Assembly (NCBI RefSeq): GCF_017794965.1
Contig: NZ_CP051240.1
Location: forward strand, 811,002-875,001
Reading direction: 5' to 3'
Source: Alcanivorax sp.
GTDB taxonomy: Bacteria; Pseudomonadota; Gammaproteobacteria; Pseudomonadales; Alcanivoracaceae
DNA length: 64,000 nucleotides
Both the position numbers and the translations under genes were made by a program. The notes under the pieces are model-generated. The model did not search any database. It saw nothing but the letters and a program-made list of their open reading frames with translations, and had not been told where the DNA came from. How positions within the stretch are numbered: the first letter of the stretch is position 1; the number at the start of each line of letters is the position of its first letter. Shown piece after piece: positions 19,352 to 28,569 of the stretch.

Positions 19352-19939
19352 TCACCCAAACACCAGCATCATGTTATTGGCTGGCAGGTCGTATACCGCC
19401 TGCAGTTTGCGCCCGTGGCGGGCAAATTCTTCCTCGATCCACTCCTTGTCGCGAATCGCTCGCAGGGGGTCGATATCCTTTAACCACAGCTCGAAAGTGG
19501 CATTGGATTCGCTGGTGAAGCGGCCGTTGATCTTGAAAGGGCCATAGATCAGGAACTGGCCGTTCGGAGCCAGATGGCGGCAGCCTTCTTCGATGCAGCG
19601 GGCCACCAGTTGCCGGGACATGATGTGAAAGGTGTTGGCGGTGAACAGGTAGTCGAACTGTTGCGCCGGCCAGGTACCACTCACATCCAGCACGATAGGC
19701 GCCAGGGCCTGGCTGTCAGGGTCCTGTAACCACTGGCGTACTGCGGGCAGGTTTTCTGCCACATCGGAGGGTTGCCAGGTCAGGTGAGGGAGTTGGCCGG
19801 ACAACCAGGCAGCGTGCTGCCCGGTGCCGGCGCCGATTTCCAGCAGCGTCCCGGGGGCCTGACAGTGCTGGCGCAGCACCGTCAGGATAGGGGCCTTGTT
19901 GTTCTCACAGGCCTGGGAAAAGGGGCGCTCGGAGATCAT
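19352..19939 (-). CDS. DUF938 class I SAM-dependent methyltransferase-like protein
   Basis: FSQACENNKAPIL and LEIGAGTGQHAAW motifs. The start abuts the SDR stop (TAAATG). Confidence 0.8.
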   Translation of the reverse strand: MISERPFSQACENNKAPILTVLRQHCQAPGTLLEIGAGTGQHAAWLSGQLPHLTWQPSDVAENLPAVRQWLQDPDSQALAPIVLDVSGTWPAQQFDYLFTANTFHIMSRQLVARCIEEGCRHLAPNGQFLIYGPFKINGRFTSESNATFELWLKDIDPLRAIRDKEWIEEEFARHGRKLQAVYDLPANNMMLVFG

Positions 19940-20776
19940 TTACTTGCTCATGTACTTCTGGCCCATGGCGATCAGTTTTTGATAACTGGTGGGCAGAAGG
20001 CGTTGCATGGTGTCCACCGCGACCGCATCAGAACCGATCAGTACACGGCGCTTGTTGCCGCGCACGCCCTTGAGAATGGTGCTGGCGGCTTCTTGCGGGG
20101 TGGTGCGGAACAGTTTCTCGAAGTCCTGAATGGACTTGTCCTTGTCGGCACCGGTAATGCGCTCCACGCCATCGGTCATGCGTGCGGCTTTGGCAATGTT
20201 GGTCTTGATGCCGCCAGGATGAACGGATGTGCAGGAAACCGGGCTGCCTTCCATTTCCAGCTCGATGCGCAGGGATTCAGTGAAGCCACGCACCGCGAAC
20301 TTGGCGGCGTTGTAGGCCGACTGGGTGGGGATGCCTACCAGACCGAAGATGGAAGAGATGTTAATGATATGCCCGTCACCGGATTGTTTCAGGTAGGGCA
20401 GGAAGGCCTTGGTGCCGTAGACCACACCCCAGAAGTTGATGTTCATCAGCCACTCGAAGTCTTCGTACTTCATGTCTTCCACGGTGGCACCCAGCGCAAC
20501 CCCGGCGTTATTGAAAATCATGTTGGCGTAGCCGAAGTGGTTCACCACATCGTCGGCGAAATCATAGAAAGCCTGACGATCAGCCACGTCCAGTACCCGG
20601 GTCATCAGACGGTCTTCTGCCAGCCCCAGGTCGGCGACGGTCTTCTTGAGGCCGGCTTCGTTGATGTCGGACAGGGCCAGCTTGGCGCCAGCGGCGGCCA
20701 GTTCCTCGGCCAGAGCGCGACCGATACCTGAGCCGGCACCGGTAATCACGGCAACTTTGTCTTTGAAATTCTTCAT
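19940..20776 (-). CDS. Short-chain dehydrogenase/reductase
   Basis: ORF trimmed to ATG 20776, with AAGGAG 5 nt upstream. Motifs TGAGSGIG, NNAG and YNAAK. Confidence 0.9.
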   Translation of the reverse strand: MKNFKDKVAVITGAGSGIGRALAEELAAAGAKLALSDINEAGLKKTVADLGLAEDRLMTRVLDVADRQAFYDFADDVVNHFGYANMIFNNAGVALGATVEDMKYEDFEWLMNINFWGVVYGTKAFLPYLKQSGDGHIINISSIFGLVGIPTQSAYNAAKFAVRGFTESLRIELEMEGSPVSCTSVHPGGIKTNIAKAARMTDGVERITGADKDKSIQDFEKLFRTTPQEAASTILKGVRGNKRRVLIGSDAVAVDTMQRLLPTSYQKLIAMGQKYMSK

Positions 20777-20984
20777 GATGACTCCTTGATCTTCTCCCGA
20801 AAGGAGACGTGATAACGGTTCGAGTTGCAAGCTGAACCTGCACGATGGAACGTGGCTGACGGTTCGCTCAGCGGGAATATGGCAAGGAGTGTAGACACTT
20901 TGTCACTGCAGAATGGGCCAATACCGTATGGCAGTGGGTTGCGCAGCTGGCAATAACGCCGGCGAAGGCCGGCGCTGGAGTGAT

Positions 20985-21737
20985 TCAGAGGCTGCCCAGC
21001 GCCTCGGGGCTGGTCTGCTCAAGGGGGGCGGCGATGGCATCACGGCTGCACGCCATCAGTCGTTGCAGCTCGGCGTCGTCGTGACTGTTTACCGGTAGCG
21101 GGGCATGAAGGGTGAGGGTGGCCTGATGGCCGGGCTGAAGGCGGAGCGTGCCCGGGGGCAAAATATGCCAGGTGCCGGTAAGGGTGACGGGCAGCACCGG
21201 CAATTGCAGTTCCTGTGCCATCTTGAAAGCGCCTTTTTTGAAGGGCTTGAGGTGGCCGTCGCGGCTACGGGTGCCTTCCGGGAAGAAAAGCACGCTGGCG
21301 CCGTTGCTGAGTCTTGCCTTGGCGTCATCGAGACTGGCGATGGCAGCCTGCTGGTCGGATCGGTTGATGAAAATATGCCCGAGTTTCTCGCAGCAGATGC
21401 CGATCACCGGCACCTTGCGCAGTTCGTGTTTCATTACCCAGCGAAAATCCATGCCCAGGTACCCATACAGCACGAAGATGTCGAACTGGCTCAGGTGGTT
21501 GGCCACGATCACATAGCTTTGTCCGGGTTGCAGGTGATGACGGCCGTACAGGTCGACTCGCACACCGCTGTACAGCAGACACAGTTTTGCCCAGGGCACG
21601 GCGCTGTAGCGTGCCACCCGATCGGCAGGGAGGAAGGGAACCAGCACCAGACAGATCAGACCGCAGATCAGCGTGGTCGCTGCCATCAGGGGAACGAACA
21701 CCAGCCAGCTATAAAGAAAGAAAAGCAACCGGGACAT
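20985..21737 (-). CDS. plsC: 1-acyl-sn-glycerol-3-phosphate acyltransferase family
   Basis: NHLSQFD (HX4D), FPEGTRS, and an N-terminal TM segment. Confidence 0.8.
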   Translation of the reverse strand: MSRLLFFLYSWLVFVPLMAATTLICGLICLVLVPFLPADRVARYSAVPWAKLCLLYSGVRVDLYGRHHLQPGQSYVIVANHLSQFDIFVLYGYLGMDFRWVMKHELRKVPVIGICCEKLGHIFINRSDQQAAIASLDDAKARLSNGASVLFFPEGTRSRDGHLKPFKKGAFKMAQELQLPVLPVTLTGTWHILPPGTLRLQPGHQATLTLHAPLPVNSHDDAELQRLMACSRDAIAAPLEQTSPEALGSL

Positions 21738-21807
21738 GACCGCCCTCTCCGTTTACCAGTGACGGGCTATAGTAACGGAGAGCTGACCGAATATGACAGG
21801 GAGATAA

Positions 21808-22548
21808 TCACTTTGTTACGTTTTCGGGACTGGCCTGGGCCGCCATGCCAGCCGCATTGTCCGGGCGTCCTGGCCCCTTCAACTCGTCCAGATAATCATA
21901 GTACTGGTTCTGGTACTCGGGCTTGCGGATCACCCGACGCAGTCGTTCCAGGGTGAAGTAGGGGGCATCGCGCAGCAGGATATTAACGATCCAGGCGGGA
22001 ATATAGCCGCCGGGGTCCAGAATGATCTCGTAGACCATCTCCACCTGGTCGTTTCCCTCACGGGTAAAACCCAACCGCCCCCACAGCTCAGGAAAACGGA
22101 TGTAGCGGTTGTTGGGCGGCAGGGCGTCAGGTTCATTGATCAGTTCGATCATGACGGACTCTTCTGCTTCCGTCAGCGTTACCTGTACATCGGCGTTGAG
22201 CACGGCTTCCCGGTCAGCCAGCGGCCATGGCAGTTTGGTGGTAAAGCGCAGATCCCGGTTGAGCGGCCCGTCGCGATCAAACTCTTCCGCGCCATCGATC
22301 AGGTGCAACCATTTGGGGTAGGAATCATAGTCATTGAGGATGGCCGCCAGAGCGAATTCATCCTTGAGCTCGAAGTGGGTTACACCGCGGAAGGTCTTTA
22401 GCCGGGAGTCATCCCGGTGCTTCATATATACCTGGATGCCATTACGATCACTGACCAGTTTCCAGTCAGGGTCATTTTCATCGGCGTGGAGAGGAGAGAG
22501 CAGCAGCACCAGCATCAGTGCCAACCCGATTTGTACAGCACGTTCCAT
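21808..22548 (-). CDS. Secreted START/SRPBCC lipid-binding domain protein
   Basis: ORF 21808..22614. The start is uncertain; M at 22548 gives the signal peptide MERAVQIGLALMLVLLLSPLHA. The START-like call is from the overall pattern (WKLVSDRNGIQVY...YPKW). Confidence 0.6.
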   Translation of the reverse strand: MERAVQIGLALMLVLLLSPLHADENDPDWKLVSDRNGIQVYMKHRDDSRLKTFRGVTHFELKDEFALAAILNDYDSYPKWLHLIDGAEEFDRDGPLNRDLRFTTKLPWPLADREAVLNADVQVTLTEAEESVMIELINEPDALPPNNRYIRFPELWGRLGFTREGNDQVEMVYEIILDPGGYIPAWIVNILLRDAPYFTLERLRRVIRKPEYQNQYYDYLDELKGPGRPDNAAGMAAQASPENVTK

Positions 22549-22866
22549 GGTCGGGAGGGATATCCTTAGTGTAATTTTTCGCATATCGACTGCAATCATT
22601 ATGACACCAATCATGAAGTGATGAACACATTGTGATCACATTTGCCGGTAAGGTTTTGCGGGTTCTGATGGCCGGTTCGGGTTTCATGCGTTAGCGGCAG
22701 GCAATTTTATGAATGCTGTACTGCGTTATCTTCCTGTCAGAGCGGTTAGAGCACTACGCCGGGAATGATGACGGGTTGTCATCACAGAGTTGCGCCACCG
22801 GACTGGTTTGACGCGCTGTTTCATGGACAATAGGCGGCCCGATAAACACCTTGTTGTGTAGAGATA

Positions 22867-24156
22867 ATGAAACGTTTTTTCCATTTGTTGGTGGGGGCGG
22901 CTCTGGTGGTGGGGTACTTTGCCTCAGCGCCTGAGCATATCTGGGAGCCGGTTCCGGCACTGAAAGTGCCGGCAGGGGGGGATGTGCCTGGCCATGATCA
23001 ATGGCAGTACCGGTTCGCCTCGGATGCGGATACCCCACTGGTACATGCTCCAGCCATGGTGGAGCTGCCGGACGGACGTCTGCGGGCGTTCTGGTTTGCC
23101 GGCAGCCGTGAAGGGGCGCCGGATGTGAATATTCACAGTGCGCTGTTTGACCCGGCCACGGCAACCTGGACAGACGAGACCGTGGTCGTCACCCGGGAGC
23201 AGATCAGTGAGGGCTGGGGTCGCCATGTGCGCAAACTCGGCAACGCGGTTCCCGTGCTGGATGACGAGGGCCGCATGCGTCTGTTCGTGGTGGCGGTCAG
23301 CTTTGGCGGCTGGGCCGCCAGCCGTCTGGTGGTGTTGGAATCCGCAGATCTGGGCGCCAGTTGGTCGTTCGACAAGCCGTTGGTGACATCCCCGTTGCTC
23401 AACATCAGCACCCTGGTGAAAACCCCGCCGGTGCGTTACCAGGATGGCTCCATCGGCCTGCCGGTGTATCACGAAATGATTGGCAAGTTCGGTGAAATCC
23501 TGCGCCTGGACCAGAACAGCGAGGTGCTGGGCAAGGCCCGGATTGGCCATGGACGCAAGGCGATCCAGCCGCTGGTGCTGGTGGATTCCCCGCAACATGC
23601 GGTGGCGTTTCTGCGCAATGAAAATGAACCCAACAACGGCTACCTCTATCAGTCCAGCAGCGCGGATGGTGGCTGGCAGTGGCAGGCGCTGGAGTATTCC
23701 CCCCTTGAAAATCCCAGTGCGGCTCTGGGTGGCCTGGCTATGGGGCCCGGCCACTGGCTGGTGGTCGCAAACTGCAACCGGGAAGAACGCGATGATCTGT
23801 GTGTGCGCGAAACACGGGATGGGGGGCAGTCCTGGGACACTCGCTGGACATTTCACGACCGGGCGCAATGGCGAGACACCCGGCTTGACGAGGAGGCCTT
23901 TGCCGGCCTGATTCGGGACGAAATTGTCAGTGCGGGCTTTACCGGTCCGACAGAGCCGTTACTCGAACGGGTTTTTCATAACAAATGCGACGCTCGCCGA
24001 GGTTGCCGCTTCCAGTATGACTACCCGTACATGCTGCGGAGTGAAAACGGTGACCTGCATATTCTTTATACCTGGAACAAAAGTGCGATCCGGCATGCCT
24101 GGCTGAAAGCCGGCGACGTTGCCGCCGCCCAGGGAGGCACTGAAAATGAGCATTGA
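22867..24156 (+). CDS. BNR/Asp-box repeat (sialidase-fold) protein
   Basis: N-terminal anchor or signal. Asp-boxes SADLGASW, SADGGWQW and TRDGGQSW. Confidence 0.75.
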   Translation: MKRFFHLLVGAALVVGYFASAPEHIWEPVPALKVPAGGDVPGHDQWQYRFASDADTPLVHAPAMVELPDGRLRAFWFAGSREGAPDVNIHSALFDPATATWTDETVVVTREQISEGWGRHVRKLGNAVPVLDDEGRMRLFVVAVSFGGWAASRLVVLESADLGASWSFDKPLVTSPLLNISTLVKTPPVRYQDGSIGLPVYHEMIGKFGEILRLDQNSEVLGKARIGHGRKAIQPLVLVDSPQHAVAFLRNENEPNNGYLYQSSSADGGWQWQALEYSPLENPSAALGGLAMGPGHWLVVANCNREERDDLCVRETRDGGQSWDTRWTFHDRAQWRDTRLDEEAFAGLIRDEIVSAGFTGPTEPLLERVFHNKCDARRGCRFQYDYPYMLRSENGDLHILYTWNKSAIRHAWLKAGDVAAAQGGTENEH

Positions 24157-24745
24157 TCTGTTGATTGCCGCCCTGGTGCTGGTTGCCGTGCAGCTGCGAA
24201 TTTGCGCGGCGTTGCTTCCCATGCCGGCGCGGGTGATTCTGGCGCTGGTGGTTTTCGTCTGGGCCCTGCTGCCCTACCCATGGGGGCCGGCCGCCTGGGT
24301 GCTCAGCTATCTGGCCAGTTTCAGCGTGGCGTCCGGCCTGCTGGCGATACTGGCGATCAAGCATCGCATCACCGGCTTTTACTGGCTGCCGGTCAGTCAG
24401 CTGCGTGGTGCCTGTGTGCTGCTGGTGGGGCTGGCATTGTGGTTTTACCCCACCAGCATGGGGTCAACCTACCTGGATCCCTATGCCCTCGGCTACGGTA
24501 ATTTTACCCTGAGCACGATTCTGTTGCTGGTAGGGCTGTTGGCCTGGGTGCTGCGTGCCTACGCGTCCTGCCTGATCCTGGTGGCCGCGCAGGTGGCGTT
24601 CCAGCTGGATCTGCTGGACAGTGACAATCTCTGGGATTATTTGCTGGATCCGTGGCTGGTGTTCTGGGCGGCGGGCTGGCTGATCCGGGATCGCGTGCTG
24701 CGTTCCCGGAACGGCCCGGACAATCAGCCTGCGCGAACAGCCTGA
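24146..24745 (+). CDS. Polytopic membrane protein, unknown function
   Basis: ATG 24146 with AGGGAGG 8 nt upstream. Overlaps the BNR gene end by 11 nt. About 6 TM segments. Confidence 0.6.
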   Translation: MSIDLLIAALVLVAVQLRICAALLPMPARVILALVVFVWALLPYPWGPAAWVLSYLASFSVASGLLAILAIKHRITGFYWLPVSQLRGACVLLVGLALWFYPTSMGSTYLDPYALGYGNFTLSTILLLVGLLAWVLRAYASCLILVAAQVAFQLDLLDSDNLWDYLLDPWLVFWAAGWLIRDRVLRSRNGPDNQPARTA

Positions 24746-26259
24746 GAGGAAGCCGGCCACAACGACGCGGCCAGGTAGCCGACGATGAACATCAGCAGGT
24801 TACCGATCAGGCCGGTGTAGTAGAGGTCAAAGGGGGCGCTGAGTGCCTCTGGCAGCAGCCCCTTGTTGGTCAGTACCGTCCAGCCTGTGAACACCAACGT
24901 GCAAGCGATGCCGCACCAGGCGGCGCGGGCATCGCCGCGGCGACTGAAAAAGCCCAGCAGGTACAGGCCCAGCATGCCCCCGCCAAGCAGCGAGACCAGA
25001 ATGGTGGAGGTGTCCTGCAGGGTCTTGGTTTGTGCATTGTTAAGCCACAGCGCGCCGCCAATCATGAATACGGTGACCGCCACAGCGATTGCCCAGGCAA
25101 TCCGCAGGTAGTGCTGGTCATCGCGCCCAGGACGCAGGTGACGCCGATAGAGATCCACCACACTCACCGTGGTCACCGAGTTGATGCTGGAGTCCAGTGA
25201 GCTCATGGCCGCCGCCAGGGCCGCTGCGATTACCAATCCGGCCACCCCTGCCGGCAAATACCCGGTGATGAAATGGGGCATCAGGGTTTCTGCTCGGGCT
25301 TCTCCGTTGAGGATGGCGCTGGCCTGCGCATCCGGAAAAACCTGGAAGAATACCCACAGGGCTGTGCCCAGGAACATGTAGAACGCCCAAATAGGCAGCG
25401 CGGTAAACAGGTAGACCCACAAGCCGCGTCGTGCTTCCCGGGTGGATTGCGAGGCGCAATAGCGTTGCACAGTGTTCTGGTTGCTGGAGTATTCAGTGAG
25501 CCAGTTGGTGAGGCCGATCAGCAACATCATGGTGGCGGTTTTTTCGCTCAGGGAAAACGACCAGGAGGTTTCCCCCGGCGCGCCGTTCTCCCAGGGCGCA
25601 AGGGCAAACTTGCCGGCGTCGCCGGCCAGCTCAGCAATTTGCCCAAGGCCGCCAGGCAGGGCATCAAGAATCACCCACAGGCACATGAGTCCGCCCAGCA
25701 ACAGGATCACGGTCTGCAGCACATCGGTCCAGATCACCGCATCGATACCTCCGATGACGGTATACAGCCCCACGAACAGCCCTCCTGCAATGATGGCCGT
25801 TGTCGGGCTGACCCCGGTGACTTCCTGAATCAACAGGGACAGCAGCCACAGAATCATGGCCAGCCGCACCAGTTGGGCCACCAGAAACGCAATGGCGCCG
25901 TAGACCCGGATAGAGGGGCCGTAGCGCATTTCCAGAAACTCGTAGGCACTGGTCATGTTGCCGCGCCTGAAGAAGGGGAGAAACACAAAGGCTGCCACCA
26001 GCATGGCGGGCAGCAGTGCCAGGTTGGGAAGATATCGCAGCCAGTCAGTCTTGAATGCGTCTGCCGGGTAGGCGAGGAAGGTGATGGAACTGATGGAGGT
26101 GCCCACCAGTGACAGCCCGATTACCCAGCCACGAAAGCGGCGCCCGCCGACAAAATATTCTTCCGTACTGGTGTTCTTGCGGGAGAAGTAAATGCCGATT
26201 CCCAGCACTACGCACAGATAGCCAGCCAGAACGACCCAGTCTGCGATTGCCAGTTTCAT
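24724..26259 (-). CDS. Sodium:solute symporter (SSS family)
   Basis: 511 aa, about 13 TM segments, with a typical SSS N-terminus ...YFVGGRRF.... Confidence 0.9.
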   Translation of the reverse strand: MKLAIADWVVLAGYLCVVLGIGIYFSRKNTSTEEYFVGGRRFRGWVIGLSLVGTSISSITFLAYPADAFKTDWLRYLPNLALLPAMLVAAFVFLPFFRRGNMTSAYEFLEMRYGPSIRVYGAIAFLVAQLVRLAMILWLLSLLIQEVTGVSPTTAIIAGGLFVGLYTVIGGIDAVIWTDVLQTVILLLGGLMCLWVILDALPGGLGQIAELAGDAGKFALAPWENGAPGETSWSFSLSEKTATMMLLIGLTNWLTEYSSNQNTVQRYCASQSTREARRGLWVYLFTALPIWAFYMFLGTALWVFFQVFPDAQASAILNGEARAETLMPHFITGYLPAGVAGLVIAAALAAAMSSLDSSINSVTTVSVVDLYRRHLRPGRDDQHYLRIAWAIAVAVTVFMIGGALWLNNAQTKTLQDTSTILVSLLGGGMLGLYLLGFFSRRGDARAAWCGIACTLVFTGWTVLTNKGLLPEALSAPFDLYYTGLIGNLLMFIVGYLAASLWPASSQAVRAG

Positions 26260-26280
26260 TATTGTTATTCCGCTTCAGGG

Positions 26281-26327
26281 CAACACGCAGCACGCCCGCG
26301 TGGGGCGTGTTGCGTGCAGCGTGATGC
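26281..26327 (-). repeat. 7-nt periodic tract that folds into a 13-bp hairpin
   Basis: Minus strand reads gcatcac gctgcac gcaacac gccccac.... Stem 26284-26296 / 26304-26316. Starts 1 nt after the stop at 26329-26331. Confidence 0.7.
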
Positions 26328-26328
26328 A

Positions 26329-26928
26329 TTATTGCTCGATATAAACGTTGTCGGCCTGTTCGCCACGGTCAGACATGCGGGTGTCGAAGCGGACCCGGGT
26401 GCCAGTGCGAAGGCTGCGCCGGCCACCATTCTGAACGGCCTTGAAGTGCACAAACAGCTCTTCGCCCTTGTCGGTGAGGATAAAGCCAAAGCCCTTGTTG
26501 GGATTGAACCACTTGACCTCGCCGCGCTGCTGACCATTGCCGCCAGGCAGGGGCAGACGGGCAGGAACCAGTTTGCCGAACGGAATCAGCGGCAGCAGGT
26601 AAACTGCGACCGGGAGCCACATCCACCACTGGTTCGCAAAGACACTGGGTCCATGGCTGGCAACCAGCCCGGCCAGATAGAAGAACACTGCCACATGCAG
26701 GGGCAGACGGGCTGCACCATCACGCAGGCACACCAGGTTAACGGCCGCTGCCAGCAACAGGCCCAGCCCGGTTTGCTGGCTGTGCACATTGGAAATCTGA
26801 ACAAAGGCCAGGTTTTCATGGATGGTGACGATGGCCATTTCCGGTGCAAAAAGCAGCCAGGCCCCGGGGATGGCAAGCAAAAGTGCCGCAATAGCATAAA
26901 ATGCGGTCAAAGGTTTGGAGACATTCAT
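26329..26928 (-). CDS. Membrane protein (4 TM) with C-terminal cold-shock (CspA-like) domain
   Basis: ORF 26329..27147 trimmed to ATG 26928 (MNVSKPLTAFYAIAALLL...). C-terminal GEVKWFNPNKGFGFILTDKGEELFVHF carries the RNP1/RNP2-like motifs. Confidence 0.75.
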   Translation of the reverse strand: MNVSKPLTAFYAIAALLLAIPGAWLLFAPEMAIVTIHENLAFVQISNVHSQQTGLGLLLAAAVNLVCLRDGAARLPLHVAVFFYLAGLVASHGPSVFANQWWMWLPVAVYLLPLIPFGKLVPARLPLPGGNGQQRGEVKWFNPNKGFGFILTDKGEELFVHFKAVQNGGRRSLRTGTRVRFDTRMSDRGEQADNVYIEQ

Positions 26929-27104
26929 GGATTTGACGTTACCTTGTAAATATTGAGTGTTGAATAAACGTGATACTGAAATCCGCCGGAAATGAGGCGG
27001 AATTGCCCGGGTGGCGCGGCGAAAATTGCCGATATTGCGCCCTGTACGACCGTGCAATGCGCGCATTGTACCCAAGCCGGTAAGGAATCTCATGTGGGGG
27101 CCCA

Positions 27105-28148
27105 TTGACTGACTATCCGTTTCTCGAGGACGCCTGGCTAAAGGCATTGCAAAACAGTGGTGCGGTGACCGCTGAGCGTGGCTGGCAGCCCTGTCATGTG
27201 ACGTTTGAACAGGGCTGGATGCCTCTCTACCTGCGAAGCCATTCCCGGGGCGAGTATGTGTTTGATTACAGCTGGGCGGATGCCTACCAGCGGCACGGAC
27301 TGGCGTATTACCCGAAACTGGTGACGTCCATTCCCTTCACGCCGGTGACGGGGCCCCGCTGGCGTGGCCAACCCGAGCCGCAGACGTTGTGGGACGCGGT
27401 GCGGAACCGGATGGATGAGACCGGCGCTAGTGGGTGGCACCTGCTATTCCCTGATGACCCTTGCCGAGAGGCGCTGGAGGGTTTGCCACTGATGGCTCGT
27501 CAGGCCTGTCATTTCCGCTGGTTCAACCATGGCTATGACGACTTTGATGATTATCTCGGTCGCTTTCAGTCTCGCAAGCGCAAGAACCTGCGCAAGGAGC
27601 GTCGGCGGGTGGCAGAGCAGGGAATTGCCGTGCAGCGTATCGCCGGTCCGGCGGTGACCCCGGAACAGTGGCGTCTGTTCTATCAGTGTTATGCCAGTAC
27701 CTACCTGAAACGGGGGCAGTTCCCCTATCTTGATGAGGACTTCTTTCTGCAACTGGCACAGACCATGGCGCCTCAAATCATGTTGGTACTGGCCTACCGG
27801 GGGGAGCAGCCGCTGGCGGCGGCACTGTACTTCCAGGATTCGCAACAACTGTATGGGCGCTACTGGGGCTGTCTTGAGGAGCTGGACGGGCTGCACTTCG
27901 AGCTTTGCTATTACCAGGGCATCGAGCACGCTATTGAGACGGGATTGCAGGTGTTCGATCCGGGGGTTCAGGGGGAGCACAAGATCCTGCGCGGCTTTGA
28001 GCCGGTGATTACCTGGTCGTTGCACTATCTGAGAGAGCCTGCCTTCCAGCGCGCCATCGCCGATTTCTGCCGGGAAGAGGCGGAGCACGTGCAGCGTTAC
28101 CGGGAGGACGCCATGACGCTGCTGCCGTTCAGGAAGGATGGGGGATGA
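27105..28148 (+). CDS. GNAT-fold DUF482 (FemAB-like) family protein
   Basis: TTG start. Sequence PFLEDAWLKALQNSGAVTAERGWQPCH... is typical of DUF482. The N-terminus looks short (see findings). Confidence 0.75.
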   Translation: MTDYPFLEDAWLKALQNSGAVTAERGWQPCHVTFEQGWMPLYLRSHSRGEYVFDYSWADAYQRHGLAYYPKLVTSIPFTPVTGPRWRGQPEPQTLWDAVRNRMDETGASGWHLLFPDDPCREALEGLPLMARQACHFRWFNHGYDDFDDYLGRFQSRKRKNLRKERRRVAEQGIAVQRIAGPAVTPEQWRLFYQCYASTYLKRGQFPYLDEDFFLQLAQTMAPQIMLVLAYRGEQPLAAALYFQDSQQLYGRYWGCLEELDGLHFELCYYQGIEHAIETGLQVFDPGVQGEHKILRGFEPVITWSLHYLREPAFQRAIADFCREEAEHVQRYREDAMTLLPFRKDGG

Positions 28149-28156
28149 TCTGATCA

Positions 28157-28198
28157 GCTACGAGCTACGAGCTACGAGCTACGAGCTACGAGCTACGC
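28157..28198 (+). repeat. 7-nt array (GCTACGA)x5 plus 1 variant
   Basis: Starts 8 nt after the stop at 28146-28148. The same unit occurs at 51269. Confidence 0.9.
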
Positions 28199-28300
28199 TC
28201 GATTTGATGGGAAAACCCGGAAAAGCTCCCGGGGGGGGGCGAAGAACAGAAAACACGTTCAGATCTTTGAGTTCGGCCCACGAAGATAACCTGCGCACTT

Positions 28301-28521
28301 TGTAGGAGCGGTCGTTCGACCGCGATCCGAGCCCAAGCGAGGTAAGGATTCCAGAAGCGAGTGACGAGTTACGAGTTTCGAAAGGCACAACCCGAAGCAT
28401 GGAAAGCCGTTTGGGTTGTTATCTTCGAGAGGTGTTTCTGGAATCCCTGCCTCGCCGAGGCTCGGATCGCTCAGGCGAGCTGAGCTCCTACAGCGGGGTA
28501 TAGCGAGTGTTTTACCGACGC
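28301..28521. repeat. Long-hairpin intergenic element, copy B
   Basis: The arms (about 28301-28385 and 28415-28497) pair through gtaggagc/gctcctac, gatccgagcc/ggctcggatc and gaggtaaggattccagaa/ttctggaatccctgcctc. Confidence 0.85.
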
Positions 28522-28557
28522 AAAAAGGCCCGCCCGGGAAACCGGGCGGGCCTTTTT
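28522..28557. terminator. Bidirectional intrinsic terminator (same module as 17283 and 43504)
   Basis: aaaaa ggcccgcccgg gaaa ccgggcgggcc ttttt. Confidence 0.85.
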
Positions 28558-28569
28558 GCGTCAGGCCTC

